Assembly: GCA_963817955.1 (NCBI GenBank)
Contig: CAWFQK010000004.1
Coordinates: forward strand, 1,568,001 to 1,632,000
Source of the DNA: an uncultured Gemmatimonadaceae bacterium
Lineage (GTDB): Bacteria > Gemmatimonadota > Gemmatimonadetes > Gemmatimonadales > Gemmatimonadaceae
Length of the DNA: 64,000 nt
Direction of reading: 5' to 3'
In this document: positions 49,387 to 58,830 of the stretch, one piece after another
How the letters are laid out: the number at the start of each line of letters is the position of its first letter
Numbering within the stretch: position 1 is the stretch's first letter
Notes under the pieces: model-generated
What the model saw: only the letters and a program-made list of their open reading frames with translations
Databases searched by the model: none
What the model was told of the DNA's origin: nothing
Made by a program: the position numbers and the translations under genes

Positions 49387-50219
49387 CAAAGATCCCTCTT
49401 GTAAAAGGACTTTCCCACCACCCCCATCACACAGATGAGATACCCCACCGCATACCACACCGCCGTCCCACTCGGAATCGAGACATTCGCGAACGGTGAA
49501 AACGACAATGACCCGGTAAGTGGCGTCTGCATCTCGTATGCGGCGCGGCGCCACAGGGCCTCACTCGGCAGGATGAGGCTCGACACAACGCCGAGAGTCA
49601 CGATGTGCGCGCTCTGGGAAAAACCGCTCACCTGTTCGAGCCAGCCACCCATGAATGCGACCCCCTGAAGACCGAGCGCCAGTACCCCGCTCGTCAGGGT
49701 CGAGAACCACGTACCGAGCATGAAGGTCACGCCCAATACCAGCACACACTCGCCGGCAATCAGGAGAAAACCGCGTACCGGGTGCTCGGGCAGAATTCCC
49801 GTGGCGCCATACCCGACAGCTATGGTACCGAGGAACGTGAGCGCCACGTAAACGACGATCATGGCGACGAAACCGAGGTACTTGCCGAGCACAATCTGCC
49901 ATCGCGCGATGGGCTTGGTGGCGATCGCCTGGATCGTCCCCGAGCTGATCTCGCCGGCGATGGTATCGATCGACGTGAGAATCGTCATGACGACCGCGAG
50001 CAGGTCGCAGGTATAGAGGCCCACCATCAGCATCCCGCTCTCCACCTGATAGCGCACGAACGGCGACATCGACCGTCCCTGGAACTCGGCGACCTGCAGG
50101 CGAAGGGCAACCGTGAATACGGCGAGCAACAGCAGGGCGGCAATGAGCGCGGTCCACAGAATCTTCCGCCGCGCGGCTTCGCGCAATGTGATCCCGGCCA
50201 TGATCAAGGTGGCATTCAT
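49386..50219 (-). CDS. ABC-2 type transporter permease
   Basis: ITLREAARRK, EISSGTIQAIATKPIARWQIVLGKY, C-terminal FYKRDL. Confidence 0.88.
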   Translation of the reverse strand: MNATLIMAGITLREAARRKILWTALIAALLLLAVFTVALRLQVAEFQGRSMSPFVRYQVESGMLMVGLYTCDLLAVVMTILTSIDTIAGEISSGTIQAIATKPIARWQIVLGKYLGFVAMIVVYVALTFLGTIAVGYGATGILPEHPVRGFLLIAGECVLVLGVTFMLGTWFSTLTSGVLALGLQGVAFMGGWLEQVSGFSQSAHIVTLGVVSSLILPSEALWRRAAYEMQTPLTGSLSFSPFANVSIPSGTAVWYAVGYLICVMGVVGKSFYKRDL

Positions 50220-51139
50220 AGTCCCTTATCCTCGCCGACGAGTGAGACGAACATGTCCTCGAGCGACACGCGCTGCGGCGTCACGCGAAAGATGTCAGTC
50301 CCAGCGCCCACGAGATGGCGCATGATATCGGGCAGCACAGTGTCCGACGGGACGCTGAAGGTGAGTTGGCCGGCGTCGAATCGCGCCGCGGTGGCCCACT
50401 GCGCCAAGCCGCCAACCGCACCGTCCGAGACGTTCGCTGCGTGCACGGTGACCTGGAGTCCTTCGATGGCGGTCCCGAGGGACTGCGTCGCCACGACTTC
50501 ACCTGCCTTGATGAAGGCGACGCGGTCGCAGGTGACCTCGATCTCGCTGAGCAGATGCGAGTTCAGAAAGACCGTGGCACCCCGATCGCGCTGCGCACGA
50601 ATGACGTCGCGCACCATGCGTCGACCCATTGGATCGAGGCCAGACGTGGGCTCGTCGAGGAAGATGAGGTCGGGATCATGAATCAACGCCTGGGCCAAGC
50701 CAAGTCGCTGCAGCATGCCTTTGGAGAACCCGCGAATTCGCCGCTGCGCATGTGCGCTGATCCCTACCATCTCCAGCGCTTCCGGCACGCGGGCGCGGAG
50801 GCTGGCAGCCGACATCCCGGCCAAGCGACCGTGCAGCGACAACAACTCCGACGCCGTGAGCCAATCGTAGAACCGAAAATCCTCGGGCAGGAACCCGATC
50901 CTCCGCCGGACGGGCACGTCGCCCGCCGGTTTTCCGAGGACCATGGCCTGGCCGCTGGACGGCCGAACCAGTCCGAGCAGCATCTTGATTGATGTACTCT
51001 TGCCCGCGCCGTTGGGGCCGAGGAATCCGAATATCTCGCCGCGTTCGACCGTCAGCGACAGGCCTCGCACGGCCGCGTGCGCGCCAAAGAGCTTCCGAAG
51101 GTCGTGCGTTTCGATGGCGGGTCCAGAGGAGGAAGTCAT
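50216..51139 (-). CDS. ABC transporter ATP-binding protein
   Basis: GPNGAGKS, FSKGMLQR, LDEPTSGLDP, SHLL. Confidence 0.93.
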   Translation of the reverse strand: MTSSSGPAIETHDLRKLFGAHAAVRGLSLTVERGEIFGFLGPNGAGKSTSIKMLLGLVRPSSGQAMVLGKPAGDVPVRRRIGFLPEDFRFYDWLTASELLSLHGRLAGMSAASLRARVPEALEMVGISAHAQRRIRGFSKGMLQRLGLAQALIHDPDLIFLDEPTSGLDPMGRRMVRDVIRAQRDRGATVFLNSHLLSEIEVTCDRVAFIKAGEVVATQSLGTAIEGLQVTVHAANVSDGAVGGLAQWATAARFDAGQLTFSVPSDTVLPDIMRHLVGAGTDIFRVTPQRVSLEDMFVSLVGEDKGL

Positions 51140-51156
51140 CACAGGAGCCTCATAAC

Positions 51157-52086
51157 TCAGCGCGCCATGCGCGCGAGCGCGATGCCGTCCGCCGAGCTGC
51201 CGTAGCCGGTGAGGGTATAGACAATGCCGTCGGCGGCCCACAGCAGCGCGTACGTGGGTCCACGGCGCCCGCCAGAGTTGACGAGCATGGCCGGGACGCC
51301 GGCGACATGCAGGGTGTCGTACGAGCGCAGATTGCGAGGCAATGACATGCTGAGCGCCTTCGACGCGTCGAACAGCCGCTGGAAGTCGCCGCCCTGTTTG
51401 GGGCTCATGCCGGCGAGCTCCAGCGCGATTCCGACGAGCTGCTCGGCATCGAGCGGCGGTGGAAAGATGACCGTGGTCTGCGGGGTCTCCATGAGCACCA
51501 CGCAGTTGCCGTTGTCCGTGGTCGGTGGGGGCGGCCCCTGGAGCTGGTTCTGCAGCGTGTTGGCGATTGGTGCCGGGCAATTGCCATACTGAACGCGGAC
51601 CGCGCGATGGGTGGTCAGGGTGACCGTTGCCCCTTCCACCGATGCGGGTTGCGCGAGCGTGGGCCGCCCCGCCTGTCGAAGATTCGTCTGAAGCTGCTCG
51701 GCAATCACCCTGATCTGATCGGCGTGCGACCCAATGACACTGAACGAGGGTGGATCGGTGCGACCGGCGAACAGACGCGGAGCGAATTCGGCGGCACGGC
51801 GCGCGGAGTCGGCCGACGGCACAGCAAAGTCGGGTTCATCGAGCGAGACCACCGTCGTATCGGTGAGCAGACCGGCGACGAGCTGCTGGAGTTGCCGGTT
51901 GCCGCTCGTGCCCGCCGCCGGAGCGGTCGCTGCGATCGGCTTGGGTTTGGCGATGCGGAGCGACGCAAAGAAGCGCGGTCCCAGGGCGCCACCCGGCATT
52001 GGCGCTGCACACAGCGCCGCGATGCCAACGACAGCGACGATCGGCACGAGCCACCTGTTGTGTTGCACTGCTGATTCGTCGGACAC
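51157..52086 (-). CDS. Membrane-anchored hypothetical protein
   Basis: N-terminal hydrophobic anchor; F.SLR; C-terminal ALLWAADGIVYTLTG. Confidence 0.7.
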   Translation of the reverse strand: MSDESAVQHNRWLVPIVAVVGIAALCAAPMPGGALGPRFFASLRIAKPKPIAATAPAAGTSGNRQLQQLVAGLLTDTTVVSLDEPDFAVPSADSARRAAEFAPRLFAGRTDPPSFSVIGSHADQIRVIAEQLQTNLRQAGRPTLAQPASVEGATVTLTTHRAVRVQYGNCPAPIANTLQNQLQGPPPPTTDNGNCVVLMETPQTTVIFPPPLDAEQLVGIALELAGMSPKQGGDFQRLFDASKALSMSLPRNLRSYDTLHVAGVPAMLVNSGGRRGPTYALLWAADGIVYTLTGYGSSADGIALARMAR

Positions 52087-52125
52087 GAGTTCTCCAGGAC
52101 GCCGTTGCCGGCAGGTTCGATAATA

Positions 52126-52998
52126 CTACGCCACCGCCGAAGTTTGGCGAGCATCGCTCCGCGGCCGCCCCAGCGTGACTCGCGTACCCCGCCGCCGCGC
52201 GCGCACTCGCCACCGCCGCCATCCGTCCCACACGTTCGCCACGAGCAAACCCGCCAGGAGATAATACGCCGCGCCGACGCCCTCGAACACCGCGTACGCC
52301 ACGATGGCGGCGATCGCGCCATAGACGAGCTGGTCCCGGTGCTTCGGGGGCGACGTTGGCGGGTCCGTCACCATGAACAGGGCGAAGAACACCGCCGCGT
52401 GGAGATCCGGCGCTCGGTACAGTTCGGCCACGTGCGCCGGATCGCCCACGAACGCCGAGAGAGTAAAGAGGAAATAATAAATACCCAGAAACGCGAGGAC
52501 CGCCGGCAGCTTGTTCACGCGGGCGGCGATGAACACCCCCGTCACGAGCAGCGCGAGGATTGCCCAGAGGGGCAGTTCGGGCAGCGCGCCCCACCAGCTC
52601 TGTCCCGTGTGAAACGGATAGAACGTCGCGACGAGCGCCAGCGCTGCCGGATTGAACACGTTTGCGTTGCCGACGCGGATGATGTACTTGCTCACCACGC
52701 CCGCTGCCGCCGTTACGGCCGCCACGTACCACGGCTCGTGCGGACTGAGCACCATCGCCACGATCAATCCCGTGAGCAGCGCGCCGCTCGGCAGCTGCCA
52801 CCGGCCCGAGCGCCACCGCAGGATCGGCGCGTCCACGGCCATTGCGGCAACCACGGCCGCGGCGAGCCCTGGAAGCGCCAGTCGAAATCCTTCTCTGGGT
52901 ACGGCCATCCCGAGCAGGATCGCCAGGACGATGGTCACCAATCCCTTGGGCGTTCCAAAGAAGCGTTTGGCCACACGAATGCTTGATACAGGAATCAT
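52126..52998 (-). CDS. RnfD/NqrB-like integral membrane protein (stand-alone)
   Basis: SGALLTGL, SKY....NVFNPAA, FFALFMVTDPPTSP; ATGA coupling to apbE. Confidence 0.85.
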   Translation of the reverse strand: MIPVSSIRVAKRFFGTPKGLVTIVLAILLGMAVPREGFRLALPGLAAAVVAAMAVDAPILRWRSGRWQLPSGALLTGLIVAMVLSPHEPWYVAAVTAAAGVVSKYIIRVGNANVFNPAALALVATFYPFHTGQSWWGALPELPLWAILALLVTGVFIAARVNKLPAVLAFLGIYYFLFTLSAFVGDPAHVAELYRAPDLHAAVFFALFMVTDPPTSPPKHRDQLVYGAIAAIVAYAVFEGVGAAYYLLAGLLVANVWDGWRRWRVRARRRGTRVTLGRPRSDARQTSAVA

Positions 52999-53930
52999 GA
53001 TGCCGCCGGAAGGTACGTCGCGAACGCTGTCGTCTCGAACCGATCGAGCGTGGGTGTGATGATCAGACCATCCACGGACGAACGCTCGAGCAGTGCGAGT
53101 CCCTCGACGGGGCCGAGCACGAACGCGGCGGTAGAGAGGGCATCGGCCAGCGTCGCCTGCGGCGCAACGACGGTGACGCTCGCCGCGCCGGTCGCCGGCC
53201 TGCCGCACCGCGGATCGATGATGTGGTGCTCGCCGTCGCGCGGGCTCCGCCGCTCGTAGTCCCCCGACGTACACACGGCAGCATCACTCACCCAGAGCGT
53301 GCAGATCAGCGTGTCAACGGCGCGCGGATGACGCACGCCAACGGCCCAGGGGTCGCCTGTCGCGTTGTGCCCTGCCAGGTACAGATCGCCGCCCGCATCG
53401 ATGGCAAAGTTCTCGAGTCCCCATGACTTGCGCAGTTCAAGCGCGGCTATGTCGATGGCAAGACCCTTGGCGACCGCGCCGAAATCGAGCATTAGCGGCC
53501 GCGTGAGCGTGATCGTCTGCGCGTCCTCGTCGAGCACCACGTCGCGGTAGCTCACGGCGTCGGACGCGTTCCCGGCAGTCCGGACGGCGTTCCCGGTCCG
53601 ATACTCGCGATCGAACCCGCGCGCTTCCATCCTGTTGCCAACGGTCGGATCGAACGCGCCGAAGCTTGTCGCGGCGACGGCGATCGCCGCGCGCGCGATC
53701 TCGAACAGGATCGTGCTGACCGGCTGTGGCGAGCCTGGCCGGCGGCAGAGTGCGGTCAGCTCACTATTTGGATCAAAGCGCGAGCAGCAGCGCTCCAATT
53801 CCGCGAACCACCGCACGGCCGCCGCTGCGGCGTGCGCCCGGTCACGCGACTCGTCGGTGTCGGAGCCCGCGATCCGGATACTGACCACGGTGCTCATCGC
53901 CGAGCAACTGTGGACGAAGACGTCGCTCAC
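52995..53930 (-). CDS. apbE: FAD:protein FMN transferase
   Basis: AMST, SRFDPNSEL, GAFDPTVG, DFGAVAKG, DAGGD, TSGDYER, HIIDPR, ADALST. Confidence 0.9.
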   Translation of the reverse strand: MSDVFVHSCSAMSTVVSIRIAGSDTDESRDRAHAAAAAVRWFAELERCCSRFDPNSELTALCRRPGSPQPVSTILFEIARAAIAVAATSFGAFDPTVGNRMEARGFDREYRTGNAVRTAGNASDAVSYRDVVLDEDAQTITLTRPLMLDFGAVAKGLAIDIAALELRKSWGLENFAIDAGGDLYLAGHNATGDPWAVGVRHPRAVDTLICTLWVSDAAVCTSGDYERRSPRDGEHHIIDPRCGRPATGAASVTVVAPQATLADALSTAAFVLGPVEGLALLERSSVDGLIITPTLDRFETTAFATYLPAAS

Positions 53931-54709
53931 TTTGCCTTCGAGAGTGCTTCGACCACGGCGCCATAGAACGCATTCGTGCTCTGCGTTGCCCCTGAGATGT
54001 AGTCGACCTCGGCGCTCTGGCGGTCGACCACCTGCTTGGGAAGCGCCGCGATCCACGAACATGAATAGCGCGTCAGACATTGCGTGATCGTCGCGGAAAC
54101 GATGCGCCCATTCTTGATCTCGACGGCCGCCTGAATATCGCCGTGGCGCGAGCTGCCCCAGCCCGCGTACGTGCCGTCCTTCAGGCCGTGATCGGTCGCC
54201 GCCTGCGACGCGGCGGAGTCTGTGGGCACACCGACCGGGCTCGGGGTGACCGAGGCGGTGGCGGCGGGAGCTGGAGCGGCAGCTGGGGCCGCGGAGGGCG
54301 TGCTCGTCGGCGTTGGTGTCGTCTTCGCGGTGCGCTTTGCAGTGCCACTATGCGCCAATGCACGCGCGTCGCTCTGTGCGCTGTCGGGGCCTGTCGCCGC
54401 CTTCCGGTCCGACGGCTTGGCTGGCCGCACCGTATCCACCTGTATCGGCTGTAGTGGCTGGCGCGCAATCTCGGATTCCGCGACCGGCTCATGCCGGCGA
54501 CGCGTTGCGGGCCCATCGTCAAACTGACTCGCCGCCGCCCGCGTACGGAGGAAACCAGCGCTGTAGATCGCCAGCACCGCCGCCGAGCCGAACGTGACCA
54601 GGTTGTTGGTCGAGCGCTTGCCCGTTGCGCCGACGCGCAGGCTCGCCGCCACAGGATTGGCGGCGGGCGGGCGGTTCGAGTCAGGCGACGTGTCGTCTGC
54701 GGGTGTCAT
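53927..54709 (-). CDS. FMN-binding domain protein with N-terminal membrane anchor and Pro/Ala linker
   Basis: KDGTYAG...G.I...V.IKNGRI; VDYISGATQST flavinylation motif. Confidence 0.88.
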   Translation of the reverse strand: MTPADDTSPDSNRPPAANPVAASLRVGATGKRSTNNLVTFGSAAVLAIYSAGFLRTRAAASQFDDGPATRRRHEPVAESEIARQPLQPIQVDTVRPAKPSDRKAATGPDSAQSDARALAHSGTAKRTAKTTPTPTSTPSAAPAAAPAPAATASVTPSPVGVPTDSAASQAATDHGLKDGTYAGWGSSRHGDIQAAVEIKNGRIVSATITQCLTRYSCSWIAALPKQVVDRQSAEVDYISGATQSTNAFYGAVVEALSKAK

Positions 54710-54802
54710 GGGGGGCAGGGGCGGGGGGGCGTGCGACGTCTCCCTCTCATTAGACGCAGAGCTGGGGTGGGACGTTGGTGGACGGAGCGAGGTCTACTTC
54801 AT

Positions 54803-54962
54803 GGATTGGGCTCCGGGTGTTGACCGGCTGGATGTCGCTGGCTGCTCCGTACCGGTCGGCCCACCGGTCGGCGAGGTTCGAGTTTCCAGTTGTGAGTTGT
54901 GCGTTGTGAGTGTCCCGTGTCCCGTGTCCCGTGTCCCGTGTCCCGTGTCTTGTGTCTTGTGT
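54803..54962 (-). repeat. Dispersed repeat copy G
   Basis: Reverse-complement core and GGGACAC arm directly after the serine hydrolase stop. Confidence 0.92.
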
Positions 54963-54970
54963 CAGCAGTA

Positions 54971-56386
54971 CTACTCACTCGCAACCAGGTACTGCTCCAG
55001 CTTTCCGTCTGGCATGGTGAACGTCGTCAGCGTCACGCTCTTGTCGCCGCACCGAATCCGAAACGACCGAAATGTCATACCGCCGCGGAGGCTTTGGCTT
55101 GCCTGGACAACCGCCGTTGGCGGCCCGAGCGGGGAAAGGCTGGACGCAAAGTCAGCGAGGGCCTGGTCGTTGAAGTACGCGTTGGCATTCGGCGTGAACA
55201 GCCTGCGGTCGATTGAACCGTGCTGCAGTCCGGTGAAGATCGCGCGCGCTTGCGCTACCGCCGGGTAGGTTGTCTGATCGGCGGTGGTGAACAGGATGTC
55301 GGTGATGCGGCTGGCAATCTGCCGGTACGCAGTGGCCGCGTCGAGGTTGGTGAGCACCACGATCGCCATGCGGTCGTCGGGGAAGATGCTGTTCTGCGCC
55401 GTGAAACCGGACACCTCGCCCGAGTGCGAAATGAGGCGATGCCCGTAGAGTGTTCCCACGTCCACGCCCAGCCCGTAGCCGGCGGCGACGCCATTGGCGA
55501 GCCCCACCGTCGTCTGTTGCGCGAGGTACGATTCCGGCGTGAGCACTTTCTGATCGATGACGGATATGTCCCAGCGCGCGAGGTCGCTGGCCGTCATCGC
55601 CAGTTCGCCAGCGGCGAACATCCAGCCGCTTCCTTCCTTTGGCGCCACGCGCGGCGGCCCTAGCGCATAGCGTAGATACCGCTGCGGATCTGTCGGTCCG
55701 AGCGCGCCGCTATCGCTGATGAATACCGACTCCATGTGCAGCGGCGTGAACACTTCCCGGCGAAGAAAGTCCACGAGCGGCATCCCTGCCACCCGCTCTA
55801 CGATCAGGCCGGCGATGACATAATTGGTATTGCTGTACTGCCACTTGGTGCCCGGCTCGAAGTCGAGTGGCTTGCGCGCCCACTCGTTGATGATCTGTTG
55901 GGCGGTCGTGGACTTGAGCATGGGCGGCATGACGTAGTCCTGCGGCCAGAAATCCTGGTAGCCCGACGTCATCGAGAGGATCTGCCGAATGGACACCTCG
56001 TTGGCGCGCGTGAGCTCGGGCAGCCAGCGGCCCACCTTGTCGTCGAGCGACAGCTGGTGGCGCTCGGCCAGCAGCAGGACGGCCGCCGCCGTGAACTGCT
56101 TGCTGATCGACCCAATGCTGTAGCGCATCGCCGGCGTGGCCGGGAGGGCCGGATCGATGCGTGCCATGCCGTACGCGTTGGCGTAGACGATCTTGCCGTC
56201 ACGCACGACCGCGATCGACGCACTCGGCGCGCCGGTCCCCGTGAGCACGGCTCGCGCGGCGTTGTCGATGGCCGTTTGGGTCGCGACCGGGAGCGTCGCC
56301 TGCGCCAGAGCCGCAGAGGTCTGGATGAACGTTGCGGCAATGAGCGCCGCGGCAAAACAAGCAGACCGGCGGGCAGGGACGAGCAT
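54971..56386 (-). CDS. Beta-lactamase-family (AmpC/PBP-like) serine hydrolase
   Basis: Signal peptide; GSISKQFT (SxxK), YSNTNY, HSGEVSGF. Confidence 0.9.
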   Translation of the reverse strand: MLVPARRSACFAAALIAATFIQTSAALAQATLPVATQTAIDNAARAVLTGTGAPSASIAVVRDGKIVYANAYGMARIDPALPATPAMRYSIGSISKQFTAAAVLLLAERHQLSLDDKVGRWLPELTRANEVSIRQILSMTSGYQDFWPQDYVMPPMLKSTTAQQIINEWARKPLDFEPGTKWQYSNTNYVIAGLIVERVAGMPLVDFLRREVFTPLHMESVFISDSGALGPTDPQRYLRYALGPPRVAPKEGSGWMFAAGELAMTASDLARWDISVIDQKVLTPESYLAQQTTVGLANGVAAGYGLGVDVGTLYGHRLISHSGEVSGFTAQNSIFPDDRMAIVVLTNLDAATAYRQIASRITDILFTTADQTTYPAVAQARAIFTGLQHGSIDRRLFTPNANAYFNDQALADFASSLSPLGPPTAVVQASQSLRGGMTFRSFRIRCGDKSVTLTTFTMPDGKLEQYLVASE

Positions 56387-56563
56387 GGGATCTCCTGGAG
56401 TCTGGGGGCGTCGCCCGAACCTATCGCCGCCCTGGTGTGTGCGGTAGGCGCTGAACAGTCGGCGAAAGACGGTGGTCTAGGAGCAGACGCCCGACTGCCT
56501 TGTCCGCCGGGCGCGGCTAGGTTTTTCCTCGCATCCCCCCCATCCCGCACCGAGGATAGTTCA

Positions 56564-58753
56564 ATGAGGCTCTTTCGGTCCGTTCCGCTCGCCGCCGCCG
56601 CTGCGTCGGTAGCGTTGGCGTTGGCGCTTCCTCTCGCCCGCAACTCAGCCGCGCACGCGCAGGTCGTGGCAAAGCAGACGACTGCCCCAAAAGAAGTGCG
56701 TCGCCTCACCTCCGCCGAGCCAACCCAGCCGGGCGGATGGGTGAAGGAGTTCGGAACGATGTGGACCTTCGAATCGCCGCCGCTCGCATACTGGAAGGCG
56801 CGATATGGTTTCACGCCGGATCAGGCGTGGCTCGACCACGTTCGTCTGTCTTCCATCCGTATTCCGGGATGCTCGGCGTCGTTCGTTTCCTCGGCTGGAC
56901 TGGTGATGACCAACCACCATTGCGGCCGCGAGTGCACCGCTGGTGCGTCGCCGCGGGACAGCAACTACATCGAGACTGGCTTCGCCGCGGGCACCGCTGC
57001 CGATGAGAAGAAGTGCGCCAACATGTACGCCGACCAACTCCAGTCGATCACGAACGTCACCGACATCGTTCGTAAGGCGGTCACGGCCACCGCGCCGGCA
57101 CAGCAGGTGGCACAGCGCAACGCAGAAATCGATCGGTTACAGAAGGAGTGCGCACAGCGGCCAATAGATGTCTGTGAAGTGGTCACATTCTATCAGGGCG
57201 GCATGTATTCGTTGTACAAGTACCGCCGCTGGACGGACATCCGGTTGGTGATGGCGCCCGAGGGCAACATCGCCTTCTACGGCGGCGACCCCGACAACTT
57301 CACGTATCCACGCTACGACCTCGACCTGACGTTGCTCCGCGTGTACGACAACGGCCAGCCGATCACACCGCCGGACTTTCTCAAGTGGAGCGCCGCCGGT
57401 GCCGGTGAGAACGATCTCGTATTCGTGACCGGCAACCCCGGCTCGACCGGCCGGCTGCTCACGCTCGCGCAGATGGAGTACCTCCGCGACGTCGACTACC
57501 CGAACCGCCTGGCCAGCTACAATCGCCTGTTAGGGATCTGGCATGCGCTCGGTGCGCGCTCGCCGGACGCTCAGCGTCGCTATCAGAACCAGGTCTTCAG
57601 CTACGAGAATTCGAAGAAGGCGACCATCGGCTACCGCGCGGGGCTCCTGGATTCGTCGATCATGGCCCGGAAGCGGACGTTCGAGCGGGACTTTCGCCGG
57701 CGCATCGAGGCGAACGCGGCACTGAAGGCAAAGTATGGCCGCGCCTGGGATGAGATCGCGCGCGCCGAGACGGAGTTGGCGTCGTTCGCGACGAGGCTGC
57801 AGTGGCAGAGCTTCGGCGGCGGTTCGACGTTGTTGAACTGGGCGGGCGGCATCGTGCGTGTGCCGCTGCAATCGGCCCTGCCCGATTCGCTCCGTCTGCC
57901 CCAGTATCGCGGCGCCGGCCTCGAGCGCGTGCGTCGCCAGCTTCTCGCCGCTACCCCGGTGGACACGGCCTTCGAGCGGATGGCGCTCGCCGCGACGTTC
58001 ACGGCATGGAAAGAAGTGTTGCCCGCCAACGACCCGGCGCTCATGAAGGCGCTGGCGCTCGGAGGCGGCGACCCGCAGCGTGCCGCCGCGGCCGTGATCG
58101 CGAGGACGACGCTCACGGATACCGCGGCACGGCGCGCACTGCTCGCCGGCGGATCGGCCGCCGTGGCTGCGTCCACCGACCCGCTCATCGGGCTGGCAAG
58201 AACGATCGAGCCGGTGAACCGCCGTCTCGCCGAGCGCGCAGCGCGCCTCGACGCGACCGTCTCGGCGAACGCCGAGAAGATCGGCCAGGCAATTTTTGCC
58301 GCTTACGGCACGTCGCTGCCCCCGGACGCGACGTTCACGCTGCGCATTACCGACGGCGTCGTGAAAGGGTATCCAATGAACGGCACGCTCGCGCCCTACA
58401 AGACGACCATGTTCGGTCTGTACGACCGCGCCGCATCGTTCGACAACAAGGATCCATTCCAGCTTCCCGATCGCTGGGCGCGCGGGCGTGACCGTCTGGA
58501 TCTCACTACCCCGATGGACTTCGTATCGACCAACGACATCATCGGTGGCAACTCGGGCAGCCCCGTGATCAACCGCAATGCCGAAGTGGTGGGGCTGATC
58601 TTCGACGGGAACATTGAGTCGTTGCCGAACCGATTCATCTTTACTGACGAAGTCGCTCGGTCCGTGAGCGTCAGCTCGCGGGCGATCGTCGAGGCGTTGA
58701 GAAAGCTCTACGGAGCAGACCGGATCGCCAACGAATTGCAGGGGAAGCAGTAA
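56564..58753 (+). CDS. S46 family dipeptidyl peptidase
   Basis: Signal peptide; GTMWTF, GCSASFVS..GLVMTNHHC, DNFTYPR, DIIGGNSGSP, FDGN. Confidence 0.92.
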   Translation: MRLFRSVPLAAAAASVALALALPLARNSAAHAQVVAKQTTAPKEVRRLTSAEPTQPGGWVKEFGTMWTFESPPLAYWKARYGFTPDQAWLDHVRLSSIRIPGCSASFVSSAGLVMTNHHCGRECTAGASPRDSNYIETGFAAGTAADEKKCANMYADQLQSITNVTDIVRKAVTATAPAQQVAQRNAEIDRLQKECAQRPIDVCEVVTFYQGGMYSLYKYRRWTDIRLVMAPEGNIAFYGGDPDNFTYPRYDLDLTLLRVYDNGQPITPPDFLKWSAAGAGENDLVFVTGNPGSTGRLLTLAQMEYLRDVDYPNRLASYNRLLGIWHALGARSPDAQRRYQNQVFSYENSKKATIGYRAGLLDSSIMARKRTFERDFRRRIEANAALKAKYGRAWDEIARAETELASFATRLQWQSFGGGSTLLNWAGGIVRVPLQSALPDSLRLPQYRGAGLERVRRQLLAATPVDTAFERMALAATFTAWKEVLPANDPALMKALALGGGDPQRAAAAVIARTTLTDTAARRALLAGGSAAVAASTDPLIGLARTIEPVNRRLAERAARLDATVSANAEKIGQAIFAAYGTSLPPDATFTLRITDGVVKGYPMNGTLAPYKTTMFGLYDRAASFDNKDPFQLPDRWARGRDRLDLTTPMDFVSTNDIIGGNSGSPVINRNAEVVGLIFDGNIESLPNRFIFTDEVARSVSVSSRAIVEALRKLYGADRIANELQGKQ

Positions 58754-58830
58754 TGCACGGGAAGCAGTAATCAGGTACGGCCTCGCCGGCACGGCCTTTC
58801 GGGCCGGTCGGCGAGGTTCGCTTGCGTTGG

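Noticed and set aside
55736..56563. N-terminal extension of the S46 peptidase ORF (likewise extensions at 37142, 11944, 51580, 53274)
   Set aside because: Overlaps real genes; signal peptides or coupled starts indicate downstream start codons
58740..58772. GGGAAGCAGTAAT direct duplication at the S46 gene end as a target-site duplication
   Set aside because: Only ~5 nt lie between the copies; a local duplication with no element to assign
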